Part shown: in pieces, positions 53,668-55,413 of the stretch
Position numbering within the stretch: position 1 is the first letter of the stretch
Layout: the number at the start of each line of letters is the position of its first letter
Source: an uncultured Gammaproteobacteria bacterium
Lineage (GTDB): Bacteria; Patescibacteriota; Microgenomatia; Levybacterales; JACOYD01
NCBI GenBank assembly: GCA_964445095.1
Contig: CAYUJR010000001.1
Location: 48,283 to 103,695 of the forward strand
DNA: 55,413 nt
Reading direction: 5' to 3'
Notes under the pieces: model-generated
Told to the model about the DNA's origin: nothing
The model's input: only the letters and a program-made list of their open reading frames with translations
Databases searched by the model: none
Made by a program: the position numbers and the translations under genes

Positions 53668-54353
53668 AATGCGGGATTTAAACTCTTAAGTGGGGGAAGA
53701 AGTTTTCTAGCAATCAGAAAGGATAATATATGTTTAACCACAAAATAGGATGCAGAGATACCAAGAGCAAAAAGCAACCGTTCCTGTATGACAATTGGGA
53801 TAAGATTATTCCAGACCGAGGCCGGCAGATTAAACGCCCAAATCCAGGCGGCTCCCCCGACTGCGTGGGCGGTAAATGTGGCACCCAAGCTTTGGATAAG
53901 AAGCTTATCTCGTTTAAGATACGCGAGAAGTGGAATGGTCCAAAAGAGAGAGTAATACCAAACCGTTCTGCCTATGGGATGAGCAACAAATGCAATTATA
54001 GCAATAAGCGGTACGAGCAAAATCCACCGATTTTTTCCTCCCCAATTTTTCCTACTTCCCTTACCACTCACTACCCCGAAATACCACACCGCAAAAAGCA
54101 TGGGGAAAAGACGGATAATCGCGCCTGTTGTAAAAGGGACTTGTTTAACAGTGTAATTGACAACCTCAACCACCAATACCGAAATAACTCCAAACAACGG
54201 TCCCAAGAAAGTACCGGCTATGGGGCCGAAGAAGTCAAACAGAGTAAAAGAAACATTGCTACCCGCGAGTCTTGTAAATGGCACTTGAAAAGTAATAAAA
54301 CCAATAACCGAGAAGAGAACAAAAAAAATCAACCGAGCATTTTTCTTTATCAT
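53664..54353 (-). CDS. Integral membrane protein of unknown function (about 6 TM)
   Basis: 229 aa and hydrophobic throughout. Preceded by a TTGACA-17-TAATAT promoter. No recognisable catalytic motif. The antisense ORF 53730..54377 is judged spurious. Confidence 0.55.
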   Translation of the reverse strand: MIKKNARLIFFVLFSVIGFITFQVPFTRLAGSNVSFTLFDFFGPIAGTFLGPLFGVISVLVVEVVNYTVKQVPFTTGAIIRLFPMLFAVWYFGVVSGKGSRKNWGGKNRWILLVPLIAIIAFVAHPIGRTVWYYSLFWTIPLLAYLKRDKLLIQSLGATFTAHAVGGAAWIWAFNLPASVWNNLIPIVIQERLLFALGISASYFVVKHILSFLIARKLLPPLKSLNPAF

Positions 54354-54362
54354 AACTTCTTG

Positions 54363-54391
54363 ATATTAGTACAGTAATCTAACCTTGTCAA
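54363..54391 (-). promoter_or_regulatory. Sigma70-type promoter, leaderless geometry (membrane protein 53664..54353)
   Basis: Minus strand: TTGACA (54391-54386, overlapping the upstream stop), 17-nt spacer, TAATAT (54368-54363), then 9 nt to ATG 54353. Confidence 0.65.
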
Positions 54392-54918
54392 GAATTTTTT
54401 AACACCTTATATTTGACAAGTAATGTCCCATTACTATTAAGCTTTTTAATGCTTAATAGTTTTAAACTGATATTCAAAGGGCTTTCAGAAACCAGAGGTT
54501 TACCGCTGCCAAAAATTCTTGGTTCAATAGTCAACCATAATTGATTGACAAGCCCTTTTTCAAGAAATGTCCCAGCAAGAATTGCTCCGCCTATAAACAA
54601 CATCTTTTTAAATCCCTTTCTTGTCAATCGCTCTAATAACTGCCTTGGGGTCTCATTTACAAACTCAAGCTGACCGGCTACAAAAATCTTGCTATACTTT
54701 TTAGGGTTTTTAGTAACTACAACTCGCAGTTTCCCTTTTTGAGGAGCGGGTTTGCGAGCCTCATAAGTATGTCGTCCCATCACTATTAGATTATTCTGCT
54801 CTATAAGCGAAAAGAAATATTGTGAATCTTCTGGCGAGGTCCACTCGTAAATATTATTCGAATCCCATTTTGTAGTTTTCCCATCTATTGATGATGCCAT
54901 CACTAAAATTATCCTCAT
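54388..54918 (-). CDS. RibD C-terminal domain / dihydrofolate-reductase-like reductase
   Basis: MRIILVMASSIDGKTT.., VMGRHTYE and LFIGGAILAGTFLEKGLVNQLWLTIEPRIFGSG, typical of RibD_C. Confidence 0.75.
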   Translation of the reverse strand: MRIILVMASSIDGKTTKWDSNNIYEWTSPEDSQYFFSLIEQNNLIVMGRHTYEARKPAPQKGKLRVVVTKNPKKYSKIFVAGQLEFVNETPRQLLERLTRKGFKKMLFIGGAILAGTFLEKGLVNQLWLTIEPRIFGSGKPLVSESPLNISLKLLSIKKLNSNGTLLVKYKVLKNS

Positions 54919-54925
54919 AGGTAGT

Positions 54926-55413
54926 TTAATTTTTAAGATGGGTCAAAATCGTTTTTATATCGGAGGACATTTCTTGCTTGGCAATAAGAAATAACAGGCT
55001 GAAGTAAATTATTCCGCTTCCCAAAATTGCCAGCAGGAGAGTTGGGATATTAGCTACAAAAAGCGGAGCGCTAATGTATAAAACTGCCGCCATTAGAAAT
55101 GAGGAGATGAGAGGCTTAATGATTATTTGCAATATTTTAAATTCTATATGTTGTCTTACTATATAAATTACCACTATAACTGATAAAGCAATCGTGGCCG
55201 AAGCAATAGCCACGCCAATAAAGCCAAAAAACTTAATAAAAACAAATGTTAATATCCAAGTACTTACAGTCCAAAACACCATTAGCCTAAGCGTTATCTT
55301 AATCTTTCCCAAGGCATTAAGGATGTTTGTCAGAGGTGTGGAAACAGATGAAAAAATTGCATTGATGCCAAAAAAAGTCAGCGATAAAAGAGCCGGCTCC
55401 CATTTATTGTATT
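54926..55413 (-). CDS. MOP/Wzx-type flippase, C-terminal part (N-terminus off the window)
   Basis: The frame stays open upstream of the track start to the window edge (..YNKWEPALLSLTFFGINAIFSSVSTPLTNILNALGKIKITLRLMVFW..). Hydrophobic helices resemble Polysacc_synt_C. Confidence 0.6.
   Translation of the reverse strand, partial: YNKWEPALLSLTFFGINAIFSSVSTPLTNILNALGKIKITLRLMVFWTVSTWILTFVFIKFFGFIGVAIASATIALSVIVVIYIVRQHIEFKILQIIIKPLISSFLMAAVLYISAPLFVANIPTLLLAILGSGIIYFSLLFLIAKQEMSSDIKTILTHLKN

Noticed and set aside
53730-54377. A 215-aa plus-strand ORF, the longest unexplained ORF in the track.
   Set aside because: It lies entirely antisense to the hydrophobic membrane-protein ORF 53664..54353. 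Its translation is Lys/Arg/Asn/Pro-rich low-complexity sequence with no motif. The minus-strand gene has a good promoter and fits the operon. I treat it as a shadow ORF.
1-55413. Search for rRNA, tRNA, transposase, integrase, reverse transcriptase (DGR), toxin-antitoxin or phage genes.
   Set aside because: Nothing resembling them was found. Intergenic space is too small for structured RNA genes, and every long ORF is accounted for by envelope or metabolic families.

Overview
This is an AT-rich, very gene-dense window with about 48 credible genes, 44 of them on the minus strand. Eighteen gene junctions are 4-nt start/stop overlaps. The protein families and genome style suggest a Candidate Phyla Radiation/Patescibacteria-type organism; this is inference, since no search was possible.

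Positions ~4.2-53.6 kb form one almost gap-free cell-envelope glycosylation supercluster. It contains:
- 16 predicted GT-C-fold integral-membrane glycosyltransferases: 5 GT39/PMT_2-like, 4 YfhO-like, 2 PTPS-related, 2 ArnT-like, 1 PIG-V-like and 2 DUF2029/GT87-like.
- 3 DPM1-like polyprenyl-phosphate sugar synthases and 2 MOP/Wzx flippases.
- About 10 cytoplasmic GT2/GT4 enzymes and 3 SDR epimerase/dehydratases.
- An RfbH/E1-type hexose 3-dehydrase and a kinase plus twin-nucleotidyltransferase activation module.

The left 4 kb carries histidine phosphatase, FkbM methyltransferase, GDPD-like, HExxH and IMPase-like genes. I saw no rRNA, tRNA, CRISPR array, transposase, integrase or reverse transcriptase.

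Two signals are not explained by the gene calls:
1. In-frame heptanucleotide tandem repeats sit inside several glycosyltransferase genes. Three tracts are perfect (4-5 copies) and many more are decayed. Three paralogous GT2 genes carry one at the same codon position. Gain or loss of one unit would frameshift the gene, so these are candidate contingency (phase-variable) tracts.
2. Every recognisable promoter places its -10 box only 7-11 nt upstream of the start codon, which implies leaderless mRNAs.
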